Source: Eledone cirrhosa (lineage: Eukaryota). Taken from it: a stretch of DNA of 64,000 nt. Below the pieces are notes generated by a model. The model did no database searches. It worked only from the letters and a program-made list of their open reading frames with translations, and was not told where the DNA came from. The stretch lies in contig OZ024742.1 of the NCBI GenBank assembly GCA_964016885.1, positions 50,778,001-50,842,000 on the forward strand, in the 5' to 3' direction. Below are positions 36,270-49,709 of this stretch, piece after piece. How positions within the stretch are numbered: position 1 is the first letter of the stretch; every line of letters begins with the position of its first letter. Both the position numbers and the translations under genes were made by a program.

Positions 36270-37590
36270 GATTCAAAGATAGGGCGTGCATTCCGAAGGT
36301 TACTCGTGGAGAAAGTGCACAAAAGTCACAGTTGCACTGACCTCTAGGCCAAGTGCCCTCTCCCAGGGATCCTCCCTCAATCTACAAACAAATGCTTAGG
36401 GCAGGCCAATTCACCCCGGCCATTTTTCACCTCTTTCACTCACGTTTCAGAAAATTGCTTTGAAGGCAGTACTTCCTTCTCCACTCTGATTTTCGTCTCC
36501 ACGTGAAAATTATAGAGGTTTATTATGGGACCGACAAAAAGGAAAATACCCGTCTTCCGCCCTTTCAGACTTGTCCAACATATGACATTTTTTGCCCTGG
36601 CTACCAGACGAAAAAAAAAAACAGGCTGCCCTTCCTGGCTAAGGAAGGGTAGTAGGGCGATTTTGACGATGGTGTTCGAGTTAAACCTAGAAGCCAGCGA
36701 TATTCGGACACTGGGCTAATGCGTGCACAACAGATTCGCCGTCTTTCCTGCACGTCAGGCTTGCCCGGCTGATGGCACTTCCATGCCCGTCGAGCTTACT
36801 TCGGACCGGCAACACTCACCAGTGGCACTGCCACGCCTGGATAGTAATTCTTGCGGAAGAGAATGGCTAGTTCATTTTCGTCAATGTGCACAATTTCCCC
36901 GAGAAAGTCGTCACGTTAATCCATCACTAACCCCCTATAGAACGGCAAGGTGGAGAGTCCACCACTCGTTCTGACCGATTTTGCCTGACGGCTGTGAACC
37001 CTCGGTGTGATTTTAGTTTCCAAGCGCTCAACCTAGGTCACAACTTGACCAAGGATTGGGAAAACCTAGCCTAATAAATGGCGAACACAAATAATTATTG
37101 CCAGGGGAAACTTGGAGGTGTCGTAACCTTAGCGCACGCCTATGCATAAGCAGCCAGGGCATGCCGAGTCATCTACGCAGCGGATGTTGACAGCAGATGG
37201 AATGCCTGACCCTCAGAGCGCGTCCCTTCCACCCGTGCCAGGTACCTTACATACCCTTTCTATGATGTATAGAATGGAGTGGAGGTTGTTATTGGTGGAT
37301 CTCTCTGGAATGGCGCCTGTCCACCAGACCCCCTACCAAAAACGTCAAACTCGTTGCTAACAGCATTGCGAACATTTTGAACTCTGTTTTTAGCAGAGAT
37401 ATGGTCCTGAAATATGTTATGCAGTTCCCCTTTTTCGGATTGTTTCTCAGCAGCGCTAACACTCCTTGGCTCACATAACGGGGGATTCTCCCGCTTTGCT
37501 GCTAATTGCAGTAGACATCTGACAAAAGGTCGACGAACAAGTCTGGCATATAACATTAAAGCTGGCATGTAACCGACGCATTGAGTTTAC
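36270..37590 (-). mobile_element. Degenerate Tx1-like ORF2 fragment with internal deletion
   Basis: ORF 37289-37474 (GVLALLRNNPKKGNCITYFRTISLLKTEFK) matches ORF 24039-24494. Confidence 0.75.
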
Positions 37591-37927
37591 AGTAGCCGGT
37601 TGCTTATCTATGGAGTCTCTCTAAATCGATAACACAGATCACCAATTTGAGATCTGTGTGGTCGACTAGCTTGATTGTGGACACCCTACACTAGACCTAT
37701 ATATTTTCCTACAACATATCAATGTTTACAGTGAGTTTATTTACCCCCAGGTATCAGGAAGACGCTCGGCAAATAAATAGAGACACTACTGAAGGAAGAC
37801 GAAAAAAAAAAACAATAACAATAATACTAATGATAATAGCAATGATAATAATAATAATGGTTTCTGATATATTGATAGGATTAAAACAATCATGGATATG
37901 GAAAATATAAAATGAAAATAATAACGA

Positions 37928-38032
37928 TAATTGTTTCTACTATTGGCACAAGGCCAGAAAATTACCCAGTACATTACTGGTACTTTATTTTATCGACCCC
38001 GTAAGGATGAAAGGCAAAGTTAACCTCGGCGG
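37928..38032 (-). mobile_element. 5'-truncated SINE
   Basis: Core and tail only. Confidence 0.88.
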
Positions 38033-39230
38033 TACATTTCCCAAAAAGTGAATGGCTAATCTCCACACATAAGCAATCCATATAAATATACATGATCATA
38101 TATTCATATAGTAAATGTAAGAACTCAACGCAGATCAACTCTCTTCTATTTTATCCCTTTCCCATTTCTTCCTATCACTTCTACGAGCCCACACACTTCT
38201 AATCACTCATTTCTATCCATTGAACTAAATGTTACCCGACGCAGCCATGAACGGCATGTTTCTCTTTTAACAGCTTCCTTGCACTGAGTTCTTCCAATAT
38301 ATATATATAACACAGTCACGTTTCAAACTCGATATTCGTGATACAATTCTTTATGATTATATACATACTTTCGTCTGTGCAAATCAACGAATCTTTGACA
38401 AAATATGAATACAGTAAAACTATTAATTAGTTCTTTATCATATACTGTGCATCTTTGTTTATTTGATTATCCCTTTATCTTTCTAATTGTCGTTACGCCA
38501 CTACGGAATTTTTCAATTTATATTTATTGTCCTTATTATTTTATTTTAATTTTTAGCATATTAATCAACCCGCAATTTGATAATATAACGAACGTCATCA
38601 ACTAATTGAATGCAACTTTGACGTGTTCAATTTGAGCAGATTCTGTTAATAAAAGAAACAGAAAACTCTCTATTAAAGTTAAAATAAAATAAAACAAGGT
38701 AAAACCTCTGTGAGTGTTATCAAATGGCACAGGAGATATGATTCAGAATTCTTCTGTGGTTTGTCATGCAACAGTGTCCAATTCCTTCGGCGATTTGTGG
38801 CTAATATGTATTTAATTTTTCAATGATATCGCTAAAAATCTATAATGATTATATGAAGTATCTCTCAATAATATTATTTCTTGTACTTTATATTATTTTC
38901 AATTTCCATTTTCCAAATGCTAGGCACGTTCATATTAATTGGTAAAATGTGATTACATTTAAAAGAAACATTACGGGCTCTCATTATTGATAATGATACA
39001 TTTCGATGCAATCAAATATAATTGTAATCGTTAAAAATATAACAAAAACATTCTCTAATTGATTTATGGAATTATGGAAAAGGAAAGTAGAAACAGATCG
39101 CCATTTTTTTAAAAGGAATTTTTAAGCGTACACATGCCTTAAGAAGTGAATATTATTGTACTGGTATAGCGTAGGTTTGTGGGATGTTAAAAAATGTTAA
39201 GGGCATGGTGATAGTTTTTAACAAGGGGTA

Positions 39231-39308
39231 TTATGTATGTATGTATGTATGTATGTATGTATGTATGTATGTATGTATGTATGTATGTATGTTTGTATGT
39301 ATGTATGT
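39231..39308. repeat. (ATGT)n microsatellite
   Basis: Direct reading. Confidence 0.95.
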
Positions 39309-39309
39309 T

Positions 39310-39615
39310 CTTCTTTTTGGTAAATATCATCTTGGTTAAGAGAGTGGGAATGGCTTTGTGCAGTGCCTTTGCTCACTATAAAAGCTTCACAGCCCAGGCA
39401 TTGCTTTATATCTGGAGATCTCTCTGCACTTGTCGTCACATGGTACCATGGGCCCAGCACTATGTGTCAATAATTGTCACAAGTGTAGTGTTTGTACCAA
39501 AGTTTTCAAGTCGCTGGCCGGACTGAAAAGTCACACTCGTTCAGCGCATCGGTAGGGGTTCTCCTACATGATATAAAGTAGTGGCCGTACTCGAAAACGA
39601 GTTGGCAGCCACCAT
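39310..39615 (+). mobile_element. 3' end of an RTE-like retrotransposon
   Basis: CSVCTKVFKSLAGLKSHTRSAHR-stop (C2H2 finger, 39484-39555), then a short UTR with hairpin ctcg-aaaa-cgag and an ATGT-like tail. Confidence 0.6.
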
Positions 39616-40429
39616 GTATGCATGCATGTATTTATTCGTATACTTGTATATATGTATATAATGACTCGTATGTTTTGATAGTCGTAGGGGCACCCGCATG
39701 ACATTTTAAATAAAAAGCATTTTAAACCTAGTTGCGGTCATCCCTCTCCACAGGCATGAAAACAGAAAATGTTTTCCAGAGAGAAAGATGAGGGTGTATA
39801 GTAAAAGAATCTGTTGTAGTTCAGGGTTAGCACCTTCTTTTTGACCTTGAAAAAATAAAATGCAAATTTGATGTCGGCGGGACCTGAACTATGAGGACAA
39901 TTTACCGGAACGAATGTCAGGAAGAATTCCTTCTATATGACGTTCTATCTCTTCTGCTAATTAGCTCTACCTCTTCTGCTAATTAGCTGCTTCACAAAAT
40001 ATATAATAATCGAAAATATCGTAGTGCATTTTCAGTGATATATATACGTATATCTATACATATCTAACAAACGGTGTATAAAATTGAAATGTGAACAAGG
40101 TGTATTTGTAAGCAATAATTTCATACGCAGTCAAATTTTACTCAAGCACCTTTCAAACTTGGTGTTGTAATTTTATTCACAACTCAGTATACATTTTGCT
40201 TCACTCATACAAATGATACTCGCATAAATATTGTAAAACACACAATCAAATTATATAATATATTCCATAAAAGTCATATTCCACACAATAAACACTCGGT
40301 AATATAACCCAACCCACGCTCTACCATTATGGCACATGACACCAGAATGAAGACAATAATGCCCGAAACAAAAGAGAAAACAAATGCAGTATGCAAACAT
40401 AATTTAAACAATCTTAGACAAAAATATAT

Positions 40430-41300
40430 TCAATATAGACTTGTATCTATCCATCTATGACGTCTACCAGGTCAACTTACTAACTTAAGATGTCACGTCC
40501 AAATCTATATCACCACCATCAATCTTCTCAGTTTTACACTATCTATTACACTATGATACAGCAGGCTATCAATGGAAGTTATTTTCGATCTATTTTTTAT
40601 CCATCTGCTCGTTTGCAGAATACAATAATATTTCATATCACCTCATGTTGACGGATATGGTGACATGCAAGTTTAATTCCTCCATGCCTTAACATTTCAC
40701 TCGTCGTGGAAAGAGCTGATACAATTCTCTGTTAGCGTGATTCGTTTCCATAAATCATTAGGTACTATGTGAAACATTCTTGTATAGCAGTCTTCGATTC
40801 TCTTTCCTGGTTGTTTTTATGCTCCATGTTTTAGATCAATGCATGAGAACATAATCCACTGGTGCAATAAGAAGCATTTCTGTAAGATTTTCTTCTTATC
40901 CGTGATATCCATACACGAGCAAGCGCCCTTTTCATCTGAATATACATTTCACCGCCTTCTGGTGAAGTACTTGAATATTTTAAATTGAATATTTCCTTGA
41001 TGCATTCTGCTGTTTTCGATATTACGTCTCATGAAATTGTAACTGTGCACTTCTGTTTTCTTTTTTGTCATTCAATTAGGTGCAATACTATTTTCCATTT
41101 GCTCTTTCGTAGTTGTTGTGCTGCCATAATTTCTTGGGAAATTAGGGCTATGTCGGTATTAAAATGCAAATCCATTAGAATGATTGTTTAAACTTTGCTG
41201 CTTCTCCTCCAGTCCAAATAACACCAAAAGGTATGAGACTAATGTATGTTCCCATAAATCGTCAGCGAATATTTCGATAAAATCTCTCCTCCCATCAGAT
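40430..41300 (-). mobile_element. Degenerate RTE-like RT 3' fragment
   Basis: Manual translation gives HFNTDIALISQEI (decayed ADD motif), FKY and KRIEDCYTRMF..NRELY. Confidence 0.55.
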
Positions 41301-42299
41301 TTTTATGTTTTTTTTAATCATTATAAACATGAGATATATCTTACAAAAGCTACCTAAAAATCAAAACAGATACGTGACAATTTGAGTAGAAAATACGAAA
41401 CTGATTATACTGCTACCTTTATATATGGCAGGCATATATTGTCAGAGTTGTGGATTTATAGAACGGACACTATCACATGATTAAATATGCATAGAGAAAG
41501 TAGACATCAGTACATGAACAATTAACTGTACACTGGGTATTACTGGTTAACACACAGAGAAAGATAGAAACGGATGAAAATATAATTTTGAAAAGAATGA
41601 AGAATCTATACAAAAGGAAAGACATTACAATAGACGTATTCATATCACGGGCTTAAAACAGAATCAATCACCATAATAATATATGCTTTAGGAATGATGA
41701 AAGGAAATGCTGATACAAATATATAAAAATGCTATGGAATAAAACAGAATAAACATCAAAGAACATAATGATGCACTACAATGTAATTCTCATACATTAT
41801 ATAGAACACGGAGAATACAATAATAATGCAGAAACGGAAACTCGAACCAAAACCAATCCCATACCCTCATCATTCGAATATTAATAACAACAATGAAAAT
41901 GAAAAATATAATGCATTACTTTCTAAGATTTCAATAGCTATTTTCTTCATTTATTTTTGTCGTGTTCTTCTTTTACAAATCCAAGTTCAGGGCAGCATCA
42001 ATAGGAAGGTTTTAACTGATTTCCAGTTGGGGGAGGATTTTTAGGCAGAAGATGAAGAAAAAATGTGCAATATAGGGTAGCATATATATTATAGCAACAT
42101 CAGCATTAGCATCATAAGCATTAGTCACAGCAGCGTCATTAAAATAATCACTATTACCAGAACAAAGTATAATTGTGTCAGATTCAACAGACTAAAGATG
42201 AACAGAAAACCGTCATGAGTACGAAGTAAGTTTTTTACTAAATCGCTTGCAGTAGCTTGAAATATTTAGATACACACTAGAGTGATATCTGGAATGTAG

Positions 42300-43320
42300 G
42301 AGAAGAGCACAATAAAGGTGCGTAGTGGCTGACTAACACCAAAGATGACATTGGGGATAACCAACATGGTGAATTGGAGATAACTGATAGAGGAACACTA
42401 CAGTGTAGAAATATTCCAAATTGGAAAGCTTAGGGATGTGACGGTGTGCAAACGTTCTGCTTGAAAACGATGAGGGTCCTCCATGAGAGAATTACTGAGG
42501 AACTGAGTAAGATCTTGAATAGTGAAGAGATGTTAGCAGAATGTTTTATCGTTAGAAGAACCATCTTTTGTTTGATGTAGCCCACCTTATGTGGAAGCTT
42601 ATGACAGGTGTCAATGCTGAGGCAATAATTGAATACCTCGAGGAGACACTACCTGAAGAGCTGAAGTGATCTAAGAGAAGAAGTAGGGGAGCTAAGGATC
42701 AATTGTTGATTGATAAGGCGACCATTAAAGTATGTAAAACGGGATGCCCAAAGCGTATCATGGTCTGGATCAAGGCTTATGATATGGTGCCACATAGTTC
42801 GATGACAAAATGTTTGGAAATGTTTAGTATTGCAGCTGATGTTAAACAGTTTCTGTTGAGCAACATAGATAGTTGGAAGACTGAGCTGGCATCAGACAGA
42901 CATTGGGAGTTGTGAATATCAAGACAGGGACATTCCAGGAAGCAAGCATTGAGGATATTGGTCCACCGAGGAACAAAACGGTGAATGAGTAGGAAAGTGA
43001 GAAAGTTTAGCAAAGCAGGAGCTGAAAAGGAAATCGGGTAATTATGGAGCATTGGTCAAATAGAAGTGGTGCCGATTTTGATTGGAGCACTGGGAGAAGT
43101 TAAACATTTTAAAATTAATTACTTGAGAAACTAGGAATTAACATTTGGATGATATTGGTGCAGGAAACAGCTATGCTAGGAACAGCGAGGATTTTAAATA
43201 TGGTGTTAGAAAGTTTAAGGAGAAGGAATGATCCAATGGACATTTAGCCATTGGCTGTGACTCGTTCTTTTGGTATAGTGTCGGTATAACATCTACCAGA
43301 GGAAATGTGCTACGATTGAT
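42300..43320 (+). mobile_element. Degenerate R4/Dong-like fragment with large internal deletion
   Basis: LIDKA..KAYDMVPHS..SWKTELAS, then IEVVPILIGALG and TAMLGTARIL; (TAA)n tail at ~43318-43535 interrupted by a SINE. Confidence 0.75.
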
Positions 43321-43326
43321 AATAAT

Positions 43327-43516
43327 TATTGTTTCTACTTTTGGCACAAGGGCAGCAATTATTCCAGCACGTTACTGGTACTTCATTTTATCGACCCCAT
43401 AATGATGGAAGGCAAAGTTAACCTCGGCAGAATTTGAACTCAGGCCGTAAAGGGGCGTAACTCTGTGCTGCAAAGCATGGCGGCTGATCCTCTACCGATA
43501 CTGCCAATGCACCACC
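43327..43516 (-). mobile_element. tRNA-derived SINE with 12-bp TSD, inserted in the TAA tail of the Dong-like fragment
   Basis: attgataataat at 43315-43326 and 43517-43528. Confidence 0.9.
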
Positions 43517-44995
43517 ATTGATAATAATAATAATATCAAAAACAACGACAACAACAACAACAATGATAATAATGGTGTCATTATTAACCACACAGGGCTT
43601 ACCTTAAGAGTAAAATACAGATGTGATGGGGCGTTTCAGTGGATTTTCTGTGGAAAATTAAGGTTTATAACAAATAGAATGTATCAACATTGAATAAATC
43701 AAACAACAATTCTGCAAAAGTTGGGATATCTCAGAGGGGCAGTCCTAGGTAAAGCCCACAAAAAAGCCACGGTAACATTGACGCTAGGACGAGTGCTCTC
43801 TCTTAGATGTCCTACAATTTACACGCGCATAATCAGAGGAGGCCAATTCACTCTGATACTGCTTGACCCTCCTACACACCTTTCAACAAACTGTCTCGGA
43901 TGCAGCATTTCCCTCTCTAGCAGGACCTTTTTAGAAAAGTATATCAAGACTTCACTGAAGAGGAAAGTGCTTGTCTCCAACCTTTTCAAATGCGCCTACC
44001 ACATGACCCCTTTCTTAATGGCCACGAGACAGATAAAGATATCCTGTAATTCCTCTCTAAAGCAAGACGCCGTGGTGAACTTCACAATGAGCTCAATTAA
44101 TAGTCGAATCTACGCCACACATGAACACACTTATTCGCTCTGTGTGCATTTCGAACAGGCCCTGCTGACGGCACTTCCATGCTGGAAGAGATTATCCCGA
44201 ACATGCAAAGCTGCTGGGGAGAACTGCCAGGGTTTTATCCATAGGCTGTTGATGAACTGTCTTCTGGAAAAGAGTGGCTAGTTGATTTCATTGTACCTCC
44301 TGATTCTTTCCAAGAACCGCATCGTTTTACCCGCCCACTAAAGCTTTATAAGACGCCAAGGTATAGTTCCACCGATCACATTGCCGATTTTATGAGGGGT
44401 GTAAGTGATTGAACACATTACATTTGGCAGCTCGCCTCGGTCTTCGCTTGAACCAGAACAGCTCTTCTTTCAAGTAGACGAAGTTTTGAAAATTACGAGT
44501 AAGAAACAGTGACCACGCCTAATAACTATCGCGGTTAAGCTGGAGATGAAGTAGCCTGAGTTCATATTTGTGGATCTTAAGAGACGGCATACCAAGTCAT
44601 TTAATCAACGGTTGTTTGCAGAGCAAATTGACCGATTGACAATTGGCACGCTTCCCTTCGATAAAGGGCGAAATAGCAAATGCTCCAGTACTGTAGGACG
44701 GGGACCAGATTGAAGCACGACGGTCAGGCTGTACTAGATGACGGAAGCAATGTACACGTTCACCAACTCTACCCGGCCATTCAGTTTATTCTGTGTGTAA
44801 TTTATCTCCCTGGCTGTTATTCCATCTCATTTTTATCCAAACCAGATTCCGAGCAATTTAACCGGACCGTCCGTCCAACACACAGTGACGTTGTTGGATG
44901 CCATGGATGTGCCTCCACATGTGCAGGGACGCTTGGCCAACGACCTTTCCTGCTTAATTGCTGCTCATGTTATATCCTCGCATTATTTGAATCTG

Positions 44996-45180
44996 TGGAT
45001 TGGCAGTATCGGTAGAGGGTCGGACGCCATGCTTTCCAGCATAGTTACGTCCCTTTACGATCTGAGTTCAAATCCTGCCGAGGTTGACTTTGCCTTTCAT
45101 CCTTACGGGGTCGATAAAATAAAGTACCAGTAATGCACTGGATAATTGCTGGCCTTGTGCCTAAAGTAGAAACAATTATT
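44996..45180 (+). mobile_element. tRNA-derived SINE
   Basis: Nearly identical to the 27889-28068 copy; TSD attatttgaatctg. Confidence 0.92.
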
Positions 45181-45185
45181 TGAAT

Positions 45186-45303
45186 CTGAGTTCAAATCCC
45201 GCCGAGGTTAACTTTGCCTTTCATCCTTACGGGGTCGATAAAATAATGTACCAGTAATACACTGGATAATTGCTGGCTTTGAGCCTAACGTAGAAACAAT
45301 TAT
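45186..45303 (+). mobile_element. 5'-truncated SINE
   Basis: Begins at the B box ctgagttcaaatccc. Confidence 0.9.
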
Positions 45304-45483
45304 ATGAATAGACATATTCACATCTATGAGATGGTGATAACAGCATGCTGCTTTGTTCGTCTCTGGGTCAAAAACATAAACACTTTTTTTGTCTCTGTTT
45401 TTTCTTTGCTTGTTTCCTTAAAGTGTACCATCATTCCGTTTGTATACACCTATTATGCAATTTACACCTGAAGATGTCACCAC

Positions 45484-45669
45484 GTGGATTGGCAGTATCG
45501 GTAGGGAGTCGGACACCATGCTTTGTAGCATAGACTTACAGTCCTTTATGATCTGAGTTCAAATCCCGCCAAGGTTAACTGTGCCTTTCACCCTTGCATG
45601 GTCGATATAATAAAGAACCAGTAATACACTAGGTATTTGCTAGCCTTGTACCAAATATAGAAACAATTA
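45484..45669 (+). mobile_element. tRNA-derived SINE
   Basis: Head, B box, core and tail. Confidence 0.9.
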
Positions 45670-45671
45670 AA

Positions 45672-45845
45672 GGGCGGTTGATTGGCAGTATCGGTAGAGG
45701 GTCGGACGCCATGCTTTCCAGCATATTTACGTCCCTTTACAGTCTGAGTTCAAATCCTGCCGAGATTAACTTTGCCATTCATCCTTACGGGGTTGATAAA
45801 ATAAGGTACCAGTACCAGGCCTTGTGCCAAAAGTAGAAACAATTA
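45672..45845 (+). mobile_element. tRNA-derived SINE (tandem with previous)
   Basis: Head, B box, core and tail, with a small internal deletion. Confidence 0.9.
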
Positions 45846-46699
45846 GTTGAAAGCAATGCCGATCAACTCAATGTTTTTGCTGCTTGATACAGCATCGTTG
45901 ATGTCTGCGGCATATGCTGACAGGGATCTACCACCTACTCTTTCGCGTGGGAGGCCTCTCAACGTCGCCAATGTTTGCAGTAGAAGCTTGAGAGTCAATA
46001 TATCAGCCAAAAACGAAATAAGGTCACCTTTAGGAATCGGGCGCATGATGGATAACCTTTCTTAGAGATGGCTGTTGACTCTACCCACTTAACAATTATC
46101 GCTTAGCATTACAACACTCCATCCTCTTAATTCAAGCCCTAAACCCGCTACATAGGGGGCTCCCTTCAGTTAAACATTGTTAATCCTATCGAAAGTTTCG
46201 ATTCTTCTCAGATGATCGAAGCCCCTCACGTGTTAGGTTCCTTAGCCAGACTCTCTATGATATATCACATATGGTAGAGGCTGTCATGAATATATCTATC
46301 CGGAATGACACACGGTTGAGCCTAACTTACCAGACCACATTCCACAAGCGCCAACCTAGTCACAAACACATTGGTCAACATTTTAAACTCCGCTTTTAGC
46401 AATTTTATCCGACAATGATGAAAGATTCTTAAACATAAGTAAGGGTAAGCACCGATACCGAATTGAAGATAGGGAAATTGACCTTTCCACCTATTTCCCT
46501 TCTTTTGATGATCGACAACTGAAACTTGTGCATTACTGAACATTAATTCAGCATCCGGCCTTACATCCAACGTAAACATGTATTATGCAATGCGCAGGCC
46601 TCGTTCTTGAGAGAAGGAATGTGTCATTCTTCACAGCCACGATTTCATATTTCTGGCTTAGAGCACTATGCAGTTAACCTATCAAGTGAACATTCCACA

Positions 46700-48460
46700 A
46701 CAGTTCCCGTGGAATGTGGTCATATGCATTTTCTAGCTCTATGAAACAAGAATTCAGCTCGTGAAATTACTCCCATAGTTTCTCAAATACTTTTCTTACT
46801 GTGAACATTGGTCAGATGTGCTTCGTCCGGGTAGAAAACCACATTCTTTCTTTGCCAGACACTTGGAATAGAATTTATCAGTAAGATATAACAGGATAAC
46901 TCTATAATTGTCTCCCTTTTTAAAACTTCCGAGAAAAGGGAGATTGATATTGCTTAGGTGCCTTTCCACAGATCCAGGCCAACGGACACACCCGAATCAG
47001 CCAGAGAATTAATATCTCAGGCTGAATGTTATGCTCCCCAGTGACCCTGCAACATTTGAGATCTTGAATTGCTCTGGTGCTTTCAGCCTCTGAGATTCAC
47101 TTTATGTACATCAGTAGTTGCTGTTGGAATTGAGTTTAGGAGATCATCAAAGTACTCTCTCCACCTCGTGAGCATGCACCGTTCTGAAAAAACCCAGATA
47201 GCAGGTGTTGGAGAGGTTTTCATGTTACAATGTCGTTGAATGATCTGTCATTTATTTGTTGATGATAATTCAGATTCCTGCTTAACCAACAAATATCCAC
47301 AAGACTTTGTTGTCTCTGCTCCGATTGTTTGCTAGTGTAAGAAATAGGACATATTTTCTAGCCAAAGTTTGTAAGCCTCCTTTGATTGGGTGGCATATGT
47401 GACCGTTTGATTGAAACAAATGTCCTCCTGCAAACCGCCCCAATATCAAGATGCGTTCGACTGTAGCATTTAACAGCTGAAGCAGAAACTGCCGAGCTGA
47501 AAAGCGTCCACCCATTTCAATATCCTCAGATTGCTCACGAAGATTCTGTGAATTTAGGCACAATAGTATTCACATCACTTATCCTGACTTCATTATCTTC
47601 CATTGATTTTGATTTTGTCCTGTAGATCGAGTAGGAACTGTCAGTTTTGTGGGGCAGTGGATTTAGATAGCCTCAGGCTGCAGATATGTAGATGGTGATA
47701 AGTTGACGCTAAGCTCCTCTCTTATCACGAATATCCAGCACTGAATCGAAGAGATCAGAAACAACAAACAATTATTGATATGTGCCCGCGATTCCTCATA
47801 TATCATTAGTATTTATGGATGAATTTATGCTGGACAAAGGTATTAATAATAGAGAACCCATTACTAGATCAGAAGTCTAAGACCACTCCATTTGTATTTA
47901 GATTGGTTTCGCCGTTTTTTCCAATCTCTCGTTACCATGTCAGATTGTCATTGCTAACATGTGCGTAGAAGTCTCCCCTTAAGTAATATGAGAGTCTTAA
48001 CTGCATCTAACGCTGCAGTGTTTTCGTCAAGGAAGGATCTGTATTTGGGCTCCATGTTTGGTACATAAAATTGCACATCACACAGAGATTGTTCATTCAG
48101 CCTAAACTTCAAGAGCCATATGCTCCTTCCCAACAGGTTCCTGTCCATAACTGATTCTGACAGCTTCGGGTACGGGCGTATCTTCACGCTCACCTGTGCA
48201 GTCATTTCTGGTGTCACACCTGAATATTGGAGCTTCCATCCTCCATCCAAATCTACAATACCAAAGCCACTATTCTTTGTTGAGGAATACCTGGATATAT
48301 ATAGCCGTTAGCATCTAGTCTCCCCAATTAGCTCTTGCTCCTTGCTTCCAAGAGTTGTAACGCGTCAGTTACCAAATGTCAAGATTTCCTCCCATCCGAA
48401 CATGCTTATGGGTCCCAAGATAATAACCTTTGAGCTTCCGTGCGCCGCTTCTCAGGAAGT
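46700..48460 (-). mobile_element. Degenerate RTE-clade (Rex3/Expander-like) element: APE domain and RT start
   Basis: LTFGN*RVTTLGSKEQELI and DGGWKLQYSGV are typical of the RTE endonuclease N-terminus. Confidence 0.7.
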
Positions 48461-49709
48461 GTCGCAAGCCCATAGCCAGTTCTTGTAGCGTTGGATGGAT
48501 ACTGGTGGTAGTGTTTATGTGTTTGGTGTTGTTGAAGATGTGTCTGTACGTGTTGCGTGTTTCGTTTCTGAGGATTCTATCTCTGAAGTGAGTGCCTATG
48601 TGTGTGTTGTAGACGGTGAAAGAAAACGTGAAGGAGAGGGAGATCTCTCATGGTTGTTTTTGCTTTGGGAGCTCTGGTATTGCATTTGGGGCTCTGTTGA
48701 AAGCAGAAAGCTCTCAGGTGACTAAGTTACACAGTTAGTATCGATAGTGCCTGCTCTCAAACATAACCTGCAGGTCTGTCACTCATGGGCGACGATGGTT
48801 TCTGGTATTCTAAGGAACGTTTGTTACATCGCCAGGAGAGTATTGTTTCTTTCTAGGACATTGAGGGCCAATATCCATTAGATATCCACCTACGTTGGTT
48901 TCCATGATCTTGGCCCTTCGTCCTAAATAACATGGGTTGAGCACAAGCTTATCGGCCCGGCAGGAAATCACGAGTGTCTAACGACTAGAGCCTCACTTTA
49001 AAAGAGCAATTGTAATGCTCGGTATTGCCTTATAGTTGCAATGTACTGAATATCCAGCATTAACAATTTCAGTGCCCTTTCATAGTCTGTCTGATTTTCT
49101 GGCTCCAGATGTTTCATGTTTGTGGACTCGCATTTGTAGATCAGACATTTGTTGATAGGGATGGTTACATCAGTCCATAGTTGTTAAACTGTTATTAATT
49201 TAATTGCTTGGATCAAAGATGTCACATTTTCTATAATGTTTATGATAAAGAGTTCAGTTGATTTGGCAGCTGTTACTCCAAACCAAATGTATTATCAATA
49301 TAGTTAATGTTGTTGTTGATTTCGTTGTTGTTATTGTTGATATTCTTATATTGTTTTTAGTGCTGTTGTCATTTGTGGTGTCATTATCTGTGTTTCGGTT
49401 ATTTTTTTTCTTTCTTCTTTCTGTAATATTTTTGTTGTTGCAGTGGTGTTGTTGTTGTTCGTAGTGGGTGTGGCAGTATTCGTGTTAGTGATGTTGTTTT
49501 TTAGTCGTGTGTGTTTTATTTAGTTGTTTTGTGAAAGTGATGTTAATTCTTTTAAAAGCGGGAAGATCGCTATGTAATTTTCCTGTGGAAATTTGTTGTT
49601 GGTGATGTTCTTCTTGATGCTGCTGTCTTTCTTTGAACGTTCGATTTGTAATCCTGTGGTCAGCCAGCACGCTGATTTTGTTGTAGCTATTCAAGTCCTC
49701 TTCCCACAT

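Larger units (their letters stand above)
43720..46450 (-). mobile_element. Degenerate Tx1-like ORF2 fragment interrupted by four SINEs
   Basis: ORFs 45843-46046 (LSAYAADI) and 46322-46579 (LLKAEFKMLTNVFVTRLALV) match the Tx1-like ORF2. Confidence 0.7.

Noticed and set aside
43721-44281. 186-aa + strand ORF
   Set aside because: Lies antisense to a degenerate Tx1-like fragment; no domain recognised.
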